Of a stretch of DNA of 20,000 nucleotides, positions 1 to 12,980 are shown in pieces. The translations under genes were made by a program, and so were the position numbers. Under the pieces are notes generated by a model that saw only the letters and a list, made by a program, of their open reading frames with translations, ran no database searches and was not told where the DNA came from. This DNA is from Paramecium tetraurelia (taxonomy: Eukaryota): the NCBI GenBank assembly GCA_000165425.1, contig CT868078.1, positions 61,200 through 81,199 of the forward strand. Reading direction: 5' to 3'. Each line of letters begins with the position of its first letter. Position 1 is the stretch's first letter.

Positions 1-3000
1 ATTGCTAGCGGTTATAATTATTTTCGCAAAGTGGAATACATATCTACTTTATATGTTGATAAATACCTGGCCCTTCTCATTAAATTAACATCTGTCAGCC
101 GGACAAGTTTCATGATTGAAGCTTCCACATTATTTAGACTTACAAAGATTATCAAATTTATCATATTCACAATAATTTTCGTACTACAAACAAATACAAG
201 GATCCATAATCTCTTAACAACTTACACAGGTTGAATCTGATAAAGGAACACAGACATCATCACCAATTTAAGCTCCATTACACAAAGAATACTTAATTAA
301 TAGATATCTACATCCTATAACTGAACAAAAATAATCCTCCCCTTCCTCTTCAATTAAAGCACACTATTTACCATTTTGTTAAACTAACATGCAATTTTCT
401 TTGTTTTGAGAAGCACAAAATTGTGAGTTCATACAACTTTTATTTTATTCAAGCCATTCACATTTCTTGTCAATGCATTTCTATTTTATAGTAAAACGAT
501 AACATTCTAATGTCTTACATATTTCCTCAAAAATGCAATCTTGAGGAAATTATTAACAGGTGTAAGCATCTAGACTCTCGCAATCTGGTGAAGTTATACA
601 ATTCTTATTATTTGAATCTCTAAAACATTGTTTGTTCTTTAGGGTATATATCAAGCAATTATTTTAAGGATTCACTATATCATCACATGTTTTTGCCAAA
701 TTGCATTTATTATCCTAGGTTAAATAACATATATCAGTATCTAATTTCTAACCGTCACATTAATCTATTGAATAATAATCGCATGTCCTTCTTAAACATT
801 TTACTAAATTTTAATCGATTATTTCTTAACTAATATCAACATTATATTAAGGATTAGAAGGTGCAACATAACAATAATTTAAATTTTAACATTTTCTGGA
901 ATTTGTGATAAATGAGCAATCTGGATATTAAGTTAGTATAGCCTTACATAGACATTGAGATTAATTCCATTGACAATCTAATAAATCATCGCAGCCAACT
1001 TAATTAATCCCTTTTGTTGAACATATATCCTATAACTCTGATGATATGCAACCATATCCTAAATTATTATATTTACATCTATTCCTTTAAATTTAAGTAC
1101 AAACCTTATGATTAGAAAATAGAGCATCTTCACAATTTAAATTCATCGTTTTTTCATATTTCATACACCTACCTTGTAAATAAACACAATTTTCAATTTT
1201 AGAACATCCAATACCATTAATACCTGGTAGATTACAATTAATTTCTTATTGGGCTTTAAATAAAATGCAATTTCTTATTATAGAATTATAAAAGCAAGGA
1301 GCATCTAAAATTTAAGTGCATACAAATGCATTAACCTAATGATTATAGCCTAAACAAGCATCAAAATCTTGAATTAATTTACATTAATATTATAAAAGAT
1401 AATCATCTTAGACCCATCCACAAGGATAATTTGTGATTTAAAGGCATGCATGCTCATTTAACCCTGGATAATCACAAGAAATTTTAGTTACATCAACTTG
1501 ATCACAATCATTTTCTTTTGATCCACAAGGAAGAGATACTTATATTGATGAACATGATGCAGGGTTAATATTTTTTAAGCTGCAACTACTACTCTATATA
1601 TTAAATTTAAGACATTTTTTTTTTGTGTCATCCCATTTACATTGTTGGTCTTTAATATTCAAACAAGCTTGCTTATTCATACCTTTAAAATCACAAGTTA
1701 GATTCTTTAGATTTGATGCATTTAAGCATTTAAAGTACTTAGTATCACATATTACACTAGAACCATCATTTATTAATCCACATGTATTACAGTTACACTA
1801 AGATAAGGATGAGAAAGATAAAATTTAATTAGTTTCAACATTTTTACATTAATTGTCTTTCCATTAACAAAATGTAACAGGGGTATTAATATTCAAACAA
1901 GCAAGATAACTAAGATTTGAATCACATTAATGACTAGATTGTTGATTGAAATCAAGACATAGTTATTTTTAATTTTGATCCCAAATACATTCGTATAATA
2001 CTTATTATAAGCAAGATAATTTATTCACTTTTTATGAACAGCCTACCACTTATTATTACGTATAATCAGTGCATTGATTTTAAAAGATACACATTTATCC
2101 TTGTTTTACAACATCTAAGCATGTTCTTTCGCTACCCCATTAATCTTATATATCTTAACATCCATCATTAGGATTCTTTACTTTTGTTAAGCATTAGGCT
2201 TTGATAAAATCCCAATAACAAGGTAAATTATTAAATTAAATACATTATTCTTTTGTTTAAACTTATTCACAATGATTTGGTTGAATTTCTACACATCCTA
2301 ATTTATCCAAATTGAAAATACAAATAACATCCTTAATATTATAACATACTTTTCTTGAAACATTATTTAAAGTTAAACATTCTTAATTCGATTCTGAATA
2401 TTATTTACATTCTTCATTTTACCACTAACATAAAAATTTATCCTAAAATAAACAACTTTCAATAGTATTAGCTTAGAAGCAACAATCTTTGATTTTTATA
2501 GGGTCACAGTTAAGAATATTGTAATTAGGTCCGTAACAGTAATTATAGAATTTACATTATAAAGATTATTAAGTATGTGTTAAGCAAGCAATTTAATTCA
2601 AACCTCTTATGCATTAAAATTCTATATCTCCTTGGGCATTTTCGCATTTATGCTCTAAGGAATTGTGTTTGCAAGGAACAGCAAAGATTTGTTCACAAAA
2701 TACTTAGCTATTAATTTAAGAGATACTTTTACAAATACCTGACCGTATTTCTAAATTTATAAGCTCACAAATATTATTTTACTCATTAAATTGACAAAAT
2801 TGTTTTTTTGTAATGATGTTGATGCACCCAATTTTATTTGAAACTTGATTACATTCTAATTATGAATATTCACTAGGATTTATTGCAACACATTTATTTT
2901 ACTCTATTTTACATCCTTCTCTTAAAGGCTTGTTGCATTCATTGACAGGAAATTCACTACAATATTTAATATTCTCAGTTGCCTTTTTTTAATAGCATCC

Positions 3001-6000
3001 ATTTGAAAAAGTACAATCTGAGGATTTTAAATCACATGCCATTTTACTATATCCAAGCTATTCTGGATTAGCATCAACACATTGAATTTGGTTAATCGAT
3101 ATAACCTTCTCGCATGAATACATTTAATTATTAAATTAACAAGCTTCAATTTCATTTACCTAACAAAAAATTCCTGAATTTACTTTCTAAATATTACTGC
3201 AATGAAATGATTTAAAATTTTAAGGATCTTAAAATTAGCAATATTTAATTTACAATTTCGATCATTTGTAGTTGCACAAACTGAAGCTTTAACTATAAAT
3301 TTTAGATTTAGATAAAGATTCACAAGTATCAACTTTTAAATCAATAGATTAACATTTTATTCCATTGAATTTACAATTAGAAGGTAAAGATATACAAGAA
3401 ATCCAATTTAAATATTTTTCAGGAAAACAATTATTAATAGTTTTCAAAGTTTATTATGATGTTTAAATGCAACTATTTTCATTTTAATTATATTCACATG
3501 TTTATAATGTTTTTTATAAACAAGCATACTTATTCATTGTAAATTTATAACAATTATCAATAAAAGGTTATCTATTAGATACATTAATACATCTATTTTA
3601 TATTTCACTATATATCAAACAATCTGTTATTTGTTAATCTATAGCATAACAAACACTTTTAGAATAAACGAATAATAAAGTAGAATTAATGATATCATTA
3701 ATTGTATTTACTTAATGAAGAGAACAGATATTATTCTCAAATTTACATGTTTATTTTTAAGAAATACAAGCCTATTTATTTAATGAATCAAGACATCCAA
3801 TTTAATCATTTGTATTTTCTATACATTAATGTTGTTCATCTTTAAATTAACATTATCTTCTATTGATCTATTAATACAACCAAATTTATTTAATCCTTAA
3901 GTATTACATTTAATTATATCTGTAATAATAGTTTATCTACATTAATAATAATTATCTAAGAAACAACTTGATTGAATCTTTAATTAAGAACAAATGTTTT
4001 AACTAAAATGTGTAATATATGATTATTAAGTATTTGATAATACAGAATTACATGATATTACTTTATCATTTAATATAGCCCATTAACATTTATAAAGATC
4101 TGACCATACACATGACATGATTGATTAATTTAAACATCCAAATTTATTTAAATTCTGAACATTATGTAATTTGATTATCATTCTTCATACACTTTAAATT
4201 AATTGAATCCCATAAACAAGATTCCTTTAATGAAAATAAGCAAAGATCTTCATTTAATAATAAATTACAAGAACCTTAAGTTGGATCAAACTATGTACAA
4301 TAACCAATATTCTAATCAAACCAACAATCTTACTAGAATTATATACAAGCATCTTAATTATAAATTGAACAATCTCTACTATCAGATCCGGTTATTCTAT
4401 CTATTTATTTACATTCATAATCTTCCCATTTACATTTTATCCCTTTTGTCATTTATAAACATGCCTATTTGTTTAATAGGTTGCATTTTGAAACACTTCT
4501 CGTCAGAAGATAATAGCAAATATGATTATTAATGTCATATTAAGTACTAGCACCCTTACATAGAGTGCAGGCTTTCTTTGTTGTGTAATATCCCTTCAAT
4601 TGCTCGCATGTATAATGAGTTGCATCTTCGCATTTATTATTATTAAAACTTTGCATGCCTATTCAACCAAAGTACAAACAATCAGACTTACTCAGAATAT
4701 TTAATTGATTAACTTCATGACATAAATAATATTTGTTTGATGCATCAGGTCTTAGTTATGGAGCAAGTGGATATTATTGGCAATATCCAACAAAATCAAA
4801 TACACAATTGCATTCTTCACAAAGCGATTTACTAAAACTTGAATCACAAATACATTAATTGTATTAATTTTTCTTTATAGTACTAACACAACGATTTAAC
4901 TCAAAGCGACATGGATCTCTTGCTAATGCACAATAAGCAGGAGAAATATCTTAAGTAATAGCATCACAATATATATCTTCAGTCAGAGTCACAGGTTCAC
5001 ATATCTAAATTGGTCTTTATAAAGAGAAGCATTAACTTTAGGTCGGTAATATTTTCATTTATCCAGCTTTACAAATTACTTTTTAATTAGAACTGCTTAA
5101 ACAAGAATTTAAGAAACTGTTAGGTTAGCATTCTGTGCTACTTTTACAAATTTGCTTTTTTGGATCACATTACAAAGCATTTTGAGTAGGTTTACATCTG
5201 CTAGAAATTGATGAACAATTAGGTATTTTATTTTCATTTCCTTTTAATTATTAACATCCTCCTTAATTTAAATCAAAGAAACATTCTTCTAAAACGCCAT
5301 ATAAACAAAGTGATTTTGAGAAAGTATTTTTGCATCTTAATTCAATATAACCAAATCCTTTACAAATAGGAACTACTTTATAAATAGTTTTCTCGAAACA
5401 TTAAGCAAATTTTAGAGTCCAACTTTTGGAAACATAATCAGGACACTAATCATTACTGCAGGAGACTTGACTGTAAGTACATTCTTTATTCTGACATATA
5501 TTTTAATAATAGCTGGTTTGAAAGGTAATATAATCAGTAACAGAAGTATACCCACATTCAAAACTTTCATAGCATGAGGAATATCCTGAATTATTGCATC
5601 TCCCTTGGCAAGATTAATGACCAATTAGAGCATCACTAATAATTTCTTATGGATTTTAGTCACTTTATTGATTGCAGATCATATCACCGTTTTTTTAACA
5701 TCGTTTTGAGCATAATTAATTTTACTTAATACCTAAATACAACGTGCCATCATCATTTATTTTAATTGGATCTTTGTAAATGGTTGGACAATCAGAATCT
5801 GTTTAACAAAGTTTATCTTAATAATCACATGTTTTATTTAAGCCACATTGTAAAGGAGCAGAAGTTCCTGGAAATATTATCTTATTTGTTTTGGAATATA
5901 CTTCTGGGGTTTTTACGAATTAATTGCAGTAATTTGTACAATTATCTATTTAATACCTGTATTCATAAACTGAACTTTTTTCGGTATTTTCTTTATCAAA

Positions 6001-9000
6001 AAATAATACATTTAAAATTTTGACTTAACACCCATAAATTTGATTATGCCATTCACATTTATTTTCATAATTACACTTTTACTTTTTATCTTCACTCCCA
6101 AAACATTTATCTTCAGAATAAGTCTATTTTATTGATTCATCAATGGAAGAGCAAGATAATTTATTATAATGATTTCCATTATATAATTAGGCACCTAAAG
6201 AAGAGCACGTTTAAGACTGAGGAATATCTGCAACTAAACATTATAATTTGGATTTAGAAAAGTAACATTATTTAGAAATATTCATGCAAACTTCAATATT
6301 TATAAGATTGGAAGTTGTACATACTGATTAATCATCTGTGAAAAATTAACATGGAGGCATTTTAGTAGTATCATATACACAATTATATCCTCTTGTCAAA
6401 TATAAGCAAGCATATTAATTTATCATCTAAAAACAGGAGTTTTGATTATTTGAATTTTCAATAAATATACACTTATTTTTCTTATCATCATATGTATATC
6501 CAGCTCCTGTTATCTATAGACAAGATAATGGATTAAACAAATTATTTTTATTTAAATCTCTGAAATCGCTATAAGGAGTTTAATTAAAGGTAACACATTC
6601 ATATAATGAATCATCCCACATGCAAGGTTCCTTAGTTACTTACTTACATAGAACATAATTTAAATTATCATTGCATCCTAATTCAACTATTTATTTTAAT
6701 GACCCTATTTCATAACATGTTGAGTTTTCAATACTCCATCTACAATTTCCCTATGTATTTTTATAGCAAGTATATTTATTAGTTCCGATTACATCACATT
6801 TATTTGAACTTTTATTTGTCAAAATGCATTTATAATTTTACCATTCACATTATTAATTAGGAAGGTCAATTTATGAGCACGACTTTTATGATACATACCC
6901 TTTAGAATCAAAATAGTTACATGGAACATAAGTATAAGCAGTTATGCATCTATCTAAATCAAAAGAAAAAAAACAAGAAGAGTAAATATTTTCTTTACAT
7001 GCTTTAATATTTTAATTCTGATCGCAAGTAGTTATATCTGCAAATTCATCTAATGAGATTGTGACACATTTTAATAGCTTTTTATCCCATTTACAATAAT
7101 TATTTTCGGTAAATCTTAAGCATATATTAGAATTGCCTTGAACATCCTCACATCGTGCATAATATGGAGGTGAAGTTTAATAATTCCTACTAATACAACG
7201 ATGATTTTAAGGATCGTATTCAAAATATTTTTCAATGTTGAAAATAGTTAAGGATGCTTCAATTGCCAAACAAGCAAAACGATTTAAAATAGAAGGAGCT
7301 TCTGTAAAAATTTTATAATTCTTATAGTTTTCAAAGTTGATGTTAACGCATGAAAATCCATTAAAATAACATCTTTAAGAAGTCGACCATTCAATCATAT
7401 GACATGAATTTTTACCCATTTATGAACACTTAAATCCATCAACCTCATTAGCATTATAAAATTGTTTAACAGCTTCTTCATTTTTTATATCAACTTAATT
7501 TTATGTCAATTCTTTACACCTATAATTATCGAAGTAGCAATAACTACTAGAATTCTTGGTTAAAAAACTGCATGAATGTTAATTTATTCCATTAAATCTA
7601 CCTTCAGTACAACAATTTGTTTCACAAAGTTCGTTACCATCTAAGAGATCACAAGAAAAATTATTTGAGTTATATTTACAATAGCCAACTTTTTATTTTT
7701 CATTACTAGGTATATAATCTGGATTTTCCATGATTACAGATGCGCATACATTACTATTAACGTTTTTAAATTCTGTGCATTTTTAATTCATATTCACAAT
7801 GATTTGTCCACATTTATCTAATGTTTCTTTCCATCCACATAATTATCCTGGTTTTGATATTTATTTACATATCTTTTCAGTAGGAGAACTTTTATCACAT
7901 TCTATATCGTCCAAACTGTTAATCGATATTTGATTATTATTCGACTCAGACTCTTAAGAAGAATTTTAGGAAGGAATTTAAGATTTGAAGAGCTGGCATT
8001 CTATAGTAGCCTGATTAAAGTAACATTAATCTTCTAATTAAGCACAAGCAAATGCATTCAAACCAGATGTATCACATTTCATTATTTATTTAACAGAATT
8101 GACGCATCCCTTAGCAGCATTTTCAAATCTACAAGGTTCTGATTTAAATTAAATCATAGCACAACTCTTAGAATTTGAATATATCATTTCTTAACAAGAA
8201 ACATCTGAAAGCTCTTTAGGATTAAAAATCTTAACGCATTCATTTTAATACCACCTACAGGCCGTCTATGGTTTGATTATACTAGCACAAAGTATTCTAT
8301 TTAATCCTAATAATTTGTTTTCACAATCCAATGAAATTAGCAATTAAACTTAAGTTTATAATTAATCTACTTTCTAACATCTTTGATTTGATTTATTATA
8401 ATAACACCCAGATACTTCGTTTTCTATTACTTGAGAACAGGAATTAGGATTTGCATTGCCTAAGCTTTCGCAAGTTGTTTTATATGGCAAAATGACTATA
8501 TATATGCATCCATTAATTGTCCATTAACAAGTTTATTTATATTTTGTTATATTTAAGCAACCAAGAAAATTTAAATACCTGGAATTACAATCATCTTCTG
8601 GAGAGCTTGGAACACATTGTTTTGAAATATCATCATATTTACAAGCTGCATTATTATTTGATATATTTTGACAATAGAGTCCATTATATTTAAACTTGTG
8701 ATTATCTTTAATTTCGCAATTTACTACTTAATTTAAAAAAATTCTTTAACAATTGATTCCATCCCATTAACAATATTAAAATTATGTTTTTATATTAATA
8801 CAAGCCTCTTCATTTAATAACATATCACAACCAAATGTATTTAAATCTTCTTCTGATAAATTCTCACAAAACCCTCTATAAAAAGTGCAATTAGTATTTT
8901 TTATAAGTAGACATGCCTTTTTACTTAATCCAATTTCAGAGCAAGATAAATTATTTAATTAAGATTGAGTTACTTCCTCACAACTTTAAGTTTCAATATT

Positions 9001-9925
9001 ATATGAGCAGATACCATCATAATTTTCACATACTAAATAATTCACATTCACTATTTAATTGCATTCTTGGTTGTCATTTTAAAATATTCTACAACCTTCA
9101 ACTGTCCATTCACATTATAGATTATTGATTTTAGAAGAAAGGCAGGCATGCTTGTTCAGAATGTTATCGCAGGAGTCCAATAAACTTACATCTGTAAATT
9201 TGCACTGATTATCCTTAAATATACCTTCTGTTATGAATTATAAATACAAGTTTGATCCTTAGTGGTAATAGAAATGCATCCGTTTTTATTTAAGCCTTAA
9301 TGAGAGCATTAAATTTCTGAAAGCTCATTTTCTAATAATGTTATGCAATGATAATCCTATTAAATTCCCCCATGAAAACCTATTATTGTTATTAAAATTA
9401 CATTGAAATTTTTCTATTCTTGCACACATTCTAGGAGATACAGCATCATTATAATATTATTCACAACTAGAGTATAACTAATTCACATTATTTGGATTGA
9501 ATTCTTAGCAGTATTCTTACCACATACAATCTTAATTTAATACATTAAGGCAAGAGAACTTGGAGAAATTAAGATTACATCCTAGAGTTTTCAATTGTAA
9601 ATTTGTTACTTAGATACATTTTTCAATAAATAAACCTAGACTTATCACTTCTAACTTACATCTTGCTTCAACTTTTTATTAATCTGTCTGTTGTCCAATG
9701 CAGGCTTTTCTGTTTAAATTATTCCTACAACCGTAATCAGACTACAAGAATTCTATACATTTGTTTTCATCATAATTATATTAACCTATTATAAGAAAAT
9801 AATTTACATTATGTGTCTTATATCTTTTAGACACATGAAATTGAGTCATAAGGATATAAACTACAAAAATTTCCAGCCTAACAACACCATTGGATTAAAA
9901 AAATTATCAATATTTAGTAAAGCAT
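1..9925 (-). CDS. Gene A: giant cysteine-rich repeat protein with N-terminal signal peptide (probable surface/secreted protein); 3' end outside the window; frameshifted in this sequence, so possibly a pseudogene
   Basis: With table 6 it reads MLYQILIIFLIQWCCQAGNFCSLYPYDSISCVQKIQDTQ-C-QYNYDENKC... from ATG 9925-9923. Periodic units such as GLNKxAC...CxW...C continue to position 1. Introns at 9786-9807, 9636-9659, 9380-9401, 9225-9247 and 44-66. No in-frame TGA from 9224 to 4681 or from 3240 to 67. Frame disruptions near 4645-4681, 4153, 3858 and 3241-3299. Colinear with gene B. Confidence 0.93.
44..66 (-). other. Gene A downstream intron (23 nt, phase 0)
   Basis: CAG|gtatttatcaacatataaagtag|ATA TGT. 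Gives ...CQFNEKGQ-ICIPLCENNYNRQQ. Confidence 0.8.
3690..4470 (-). repeat. Inverted repeat, left arm (inside gene A coding sequence); near-identical to 19223-20000
   Basis: The reverse complement of 3690-4470 (781 nt) matches 19223-20000 (778 nt), with 8 substitutions and 2 small indels by manual comparison. Full extent unknown because the right arm leaves the window. Confidence 0.97.
9225..9247 (-). other. Gene A intron 4 (23 nt)
   Basis: ACT T|gtatttataattcataacagaag|GT. Restores the frame; matches B intron 4. An alternative in-frame AG lies 3 nt upstream. Confidence 0.85.
9380..9401 (-). other. Gene A intron 3 (22 nt)
   Basis: CAA T|gtaattttaataacaataatag|GT. Restores the frame; matches B intron 3. 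Confidence 0.9.
9636..9659 (-). other. Gene A intron 2 (24 nt, 3n, no in-frame stop)
   Basis: AGA T|gtaagttagaagtgataagtctag|GT. Same position as B intron 2 (VEAR-C vs VEKR-C). Confidence 0.8.
9786..9807 (-). other. Gene A intron 1 (22 nt, phase 1, inside a Cys codon)
   Basis: T|gtaaattattttcttataatag|GT. Removal restores the frame; same position as B intron 1. Confidence 0.9.
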
Positions 9926-11399
9926 TTTTAAATTTATTATTATTCAATTTACTCAATTAATCATGTGATAGCATAATTTTCATTTTGAATTAAACTAAGA
10001 TTAAATATTATTATCATATAACTACTGTTTTTATTAATTTATCAAAATTTCTTTTATTTATTCAAGAGCATCTTTATATATATAAATCGATTTCAATATT
10101 TGAGAATTGAACAAAAGCAATAATATTGATTAGATATTAAAAATATTTATTATTTACTCAAATCTATTCTCTAAATTTGGAGGCTTTGTTATTAATTGAT
10201 CTCACTCTTCATCTAATATAGATTACTTAGTAAAAATAATATAAATTCTTATGATTTAAGAAATAGAATTAATTTTTATTATAAATAGCAAAATAAAAAA
10301 GATATATTATTTTCTTTTAATTGTTTATTAATAATGCTATCTTTTGGTTTAAGGAGAAATATCCTTTGGAATAATAATAATCTTGCCTAATTTTAGAAAT
10401 GGCAACAGAATATCATTTTGTATATTTTATTTTATGTATTTTTTTGCAAAAGTCTATTTCATTTGAAAAGTAATTAATTCATGAAAAAATATAATAATTG
10501 AATTGTTTATAATTTCAAAATAATATTGATAATATTGTAAAGTTGTGAAGCAATATTTTATTTCCAAAAATGTAATAATATTAAAGATTACATTATTTCA
10601 TATTTAGCTCTAAAATTTATTAATTAATGCTATTAGCACATAAAATAACGCAAATGGTGTACAAAAATGTAAGAATTTATTAAAATTTGATCACATTTAG
10701 GCTACTTATATTAAAGAATGAATCTGAATAACGTAATCAAGTAGAGCTAGCAGAGAGAAATAGAATCTTCCTAATTTATAGTTTTGATGAATAAAAAAAT
10801 CGGCTAGCTAGCTTAACCAATCCAATTCAATAAAATCTAATATAGAACATTTAGGCAATTTTTGCTTTTATAAATAGAAGACCTTACATTAAAAGGAATC
10901 TTACTTGAAATCTTTTAATGCATTTTGGTTAATGATTACAATAGTGATAAACTTCTAGCGCTTGTATTTTTGTTGACAGTTTATAAAATTGAAATATTGC
11001 CAGACCAAGGGTTCAACATATAGTTCGAAATCAATTATAATTTATATTTTATTCTAGCAGGACCAATCCTATAAAATAAAATTCTTTTAATTTCTTTAGA
11101 TCATAACTATAGATTTCTAAAATAATCATTATCATTAATAAATATCTGACCTATTTAAAATTTCAGAATTCTACACATTCCAAACAATTATAAAACTCCC
11201 TTGATTGAAGTTATCAGATATTCCATTCTGGTAAATACCTTATTCTATGACATACGCAATTGCAGATCTTTAATTTTTAATTGATTCAGTTTTCTTAAAG
11301 AGTTCTCCTCTTCAAGAGATTTTGCATAATTATTCGAGGATGTGTTTTTGATGGTATTTGAAGAGGAATGAACTTCATCATTTTCGTCAACATAGCAGC

Positions 11400-12980
11400 A
11401 ATACAACCTCCTTTTTTCTTCCGTGGATTCAAAATCATCATACGCCTCATCATCTTAAATGCTTATGATCTTTTGTCTTTACAGTGAGATCTTCTGTAAT
11501 TCGGCTATTTTCTTATTGCAACAAACGATCTAATGCTTCTTATTCTGGACTACTAGGGCTATTTAAAAGTTACCTCTGAGCTTATGAGAGCATGATCTGA
11601 CAATTTATTGAAACTGCAATTACTTAAATTAGTTATTATTAAATCATTTTTGAATTTAATCGCTTTCTTTGCTCATCTGAAGGTATTCAGATTTGATTTA
11701 ATAAATTCTAAATTTTGTTAATTTCACTTTTGGTTTGTTAAATCTTCACAAATAGAGATGCATTAACATAATTTAAATCAATGAGTTTCCTAAGATGGAT
11801 CCTTTATCTCATCGAAAAATTATTTGTAGAAAGGAATAGATATAGATTTATCCTCAAATTATCCAAGAGCGAGGAAGTCCTAGAGCAATCCTCAAGGAGG
11901 ATTGTCATTTGACTAGTGATTTTAATTCTTGAACCCTAAGTAAGAAGACCTGAATCTGGCCTTAGAAGACACTAAGATTTTGGGAATACTATTACCGTTC
12001 CTTTTCCATTGGTTCTTAAATAATGATGATCTCTATAATCTATCTAAGACCGAAAGGACAAAATTACTCCAACTTTAAGATCGAGTTTTGTAGTCTTTAG
12101 TTTTCCTTCAAATTTTAAATACTTCTTACTTTAAATTTGAAGGAAGAACCATTTAATTAGCACTTAGAAAGTTATTGTAGCCTTTTTGTGAGGATAGATA
12201 ATAATGCTTTTAAAATGAATTACAGGAATAATAAAAGGAATGAATCTTAAATGTCTATCATGATGATGGAAAATATAGCACCGCCAATTTTTTAAGATAT
12301 ACAAAGACAATTTTATTTGGACCTTAAATAAAGTTGGAGCTGACGATATTGTAATTGGGAAAAAGCATAAAAATACTGAAAGTTCTTAGGAATACATGAA
12401 GAAACTAGCCAGAGTTGGAATCTCAAAATTAACAAATTGAAATCTGCCTTCTTGTTCATCAACGCGAAATTTCAAAAGATTACACTTACCTGGGTATACA
12501 AATGTAAAACTATGGTTAATTAAAAAATCACATAAATAATATGGAAAAAAAAAGTGCTAACAAAATGTTAAAATGGATAGGTTAGTTTATGCTAACTGAT
12601 TAAAAGACACTATTTGGCAATTATTAATAAAATCCTTCTATAATTATAGCATAGAGGAAATGAAAAATTGCCAATTTAAAGGTAGCAAAAATTAATTCTA
12701 GAATTTGATCTTAGGTCAATCAAATAAATATAATAATTACCAAAATGTAGGACCACTAAGATAATAGAGATGATCATAAAATGCCAAAATAAGTAAAACT
12801 TACCTGAGATTTTTTCTATACTTCTGTAAAATTCTCATAAAATATATATATAAACACAACACACATGAAAATTTTCATCGCTTGATAAAAGATCACCTAA
12901 AATTGGATATAGATGTGTAACATTATGAAATATTTTTTATAAAAGAATCAAATTTATAAATAAATAAATAAATAAAAAAA
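11400..12980 (+). mobile_element. Degenerate non-LTR (LINE-like) retrotransposon relic, APE endonuclease plus reverse transcriptase; 5' boundary uncertain (may extend to ~10600)
   Basis: Motifs occur in the canonical order but across broken frames: ILDY...*SDN (11542-11604, like APE IDY..SDH); FQFLNPKQEDLNLALEDTKILGILLP (11920-11997, like RT1-2 K..RPI); IAP/FFKIYKD (~12275-12310, like RT4 LSPxLF..Y.D); ADDIVI (12339-12356, RT5 YADD); WNLKINKLKS (12416-12445, RT6); YTYLGI (12481-12498, RT7); WQLLIKSFYNYS (~12615-12650, thumb-like); then a (TAAA)5 tail. Confidence 0.75.
12957..12980 (+). repeat. (TAAA)5 plus A4 tract, probable 3' tail of the retroelement
   Basis: taaataaataaataaataaaaaaa, ~300 nt downstream of the last RT-thumb-like motif and on the same strand. 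Confidence 0.6.

Noticed and set aside
4203..4532. Supplied 109-aa ORF and its 119-aa twin at 19131-19490 as a duplicated small gene
   Set aside because: Both are antisense shadows of genes A and B; they resemble each other only because of the inverted repeat.
3241..4681. Euplotes-type programmed +1 frameshifting as the explanation for the frame changes
   Set aside because: That mechanism uses AAA-TAR with TAR as stop. Here TAR is Gln, and the near-identical B copy simply lacks the extra bases.
1..9925. Naming A/B as classical immobilisation antigens (51A/G type) or the mating-type gene mtA
   Set aside because: They lack the Thr/Ala-rich composition of the i-antigens and I cannot recognise specific similarity to mtA, so no symbol is assigned without a database search.
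9930..10620. IES or telomere-addition site in the very AT-rich spacer
   Set aside because: I found no convincing paired TAYAG ends and no C4A2/C3A3 repeats; a MIC/MAC comparison is needed.
10620..11460. Long TGA-free frames on both strands as host genes
   Set aside because: With a single stop codon, 100+ codon frames arise by chance. I found no recognisable motif or convincing gene structure; this may be the 5' part of the retroelement.
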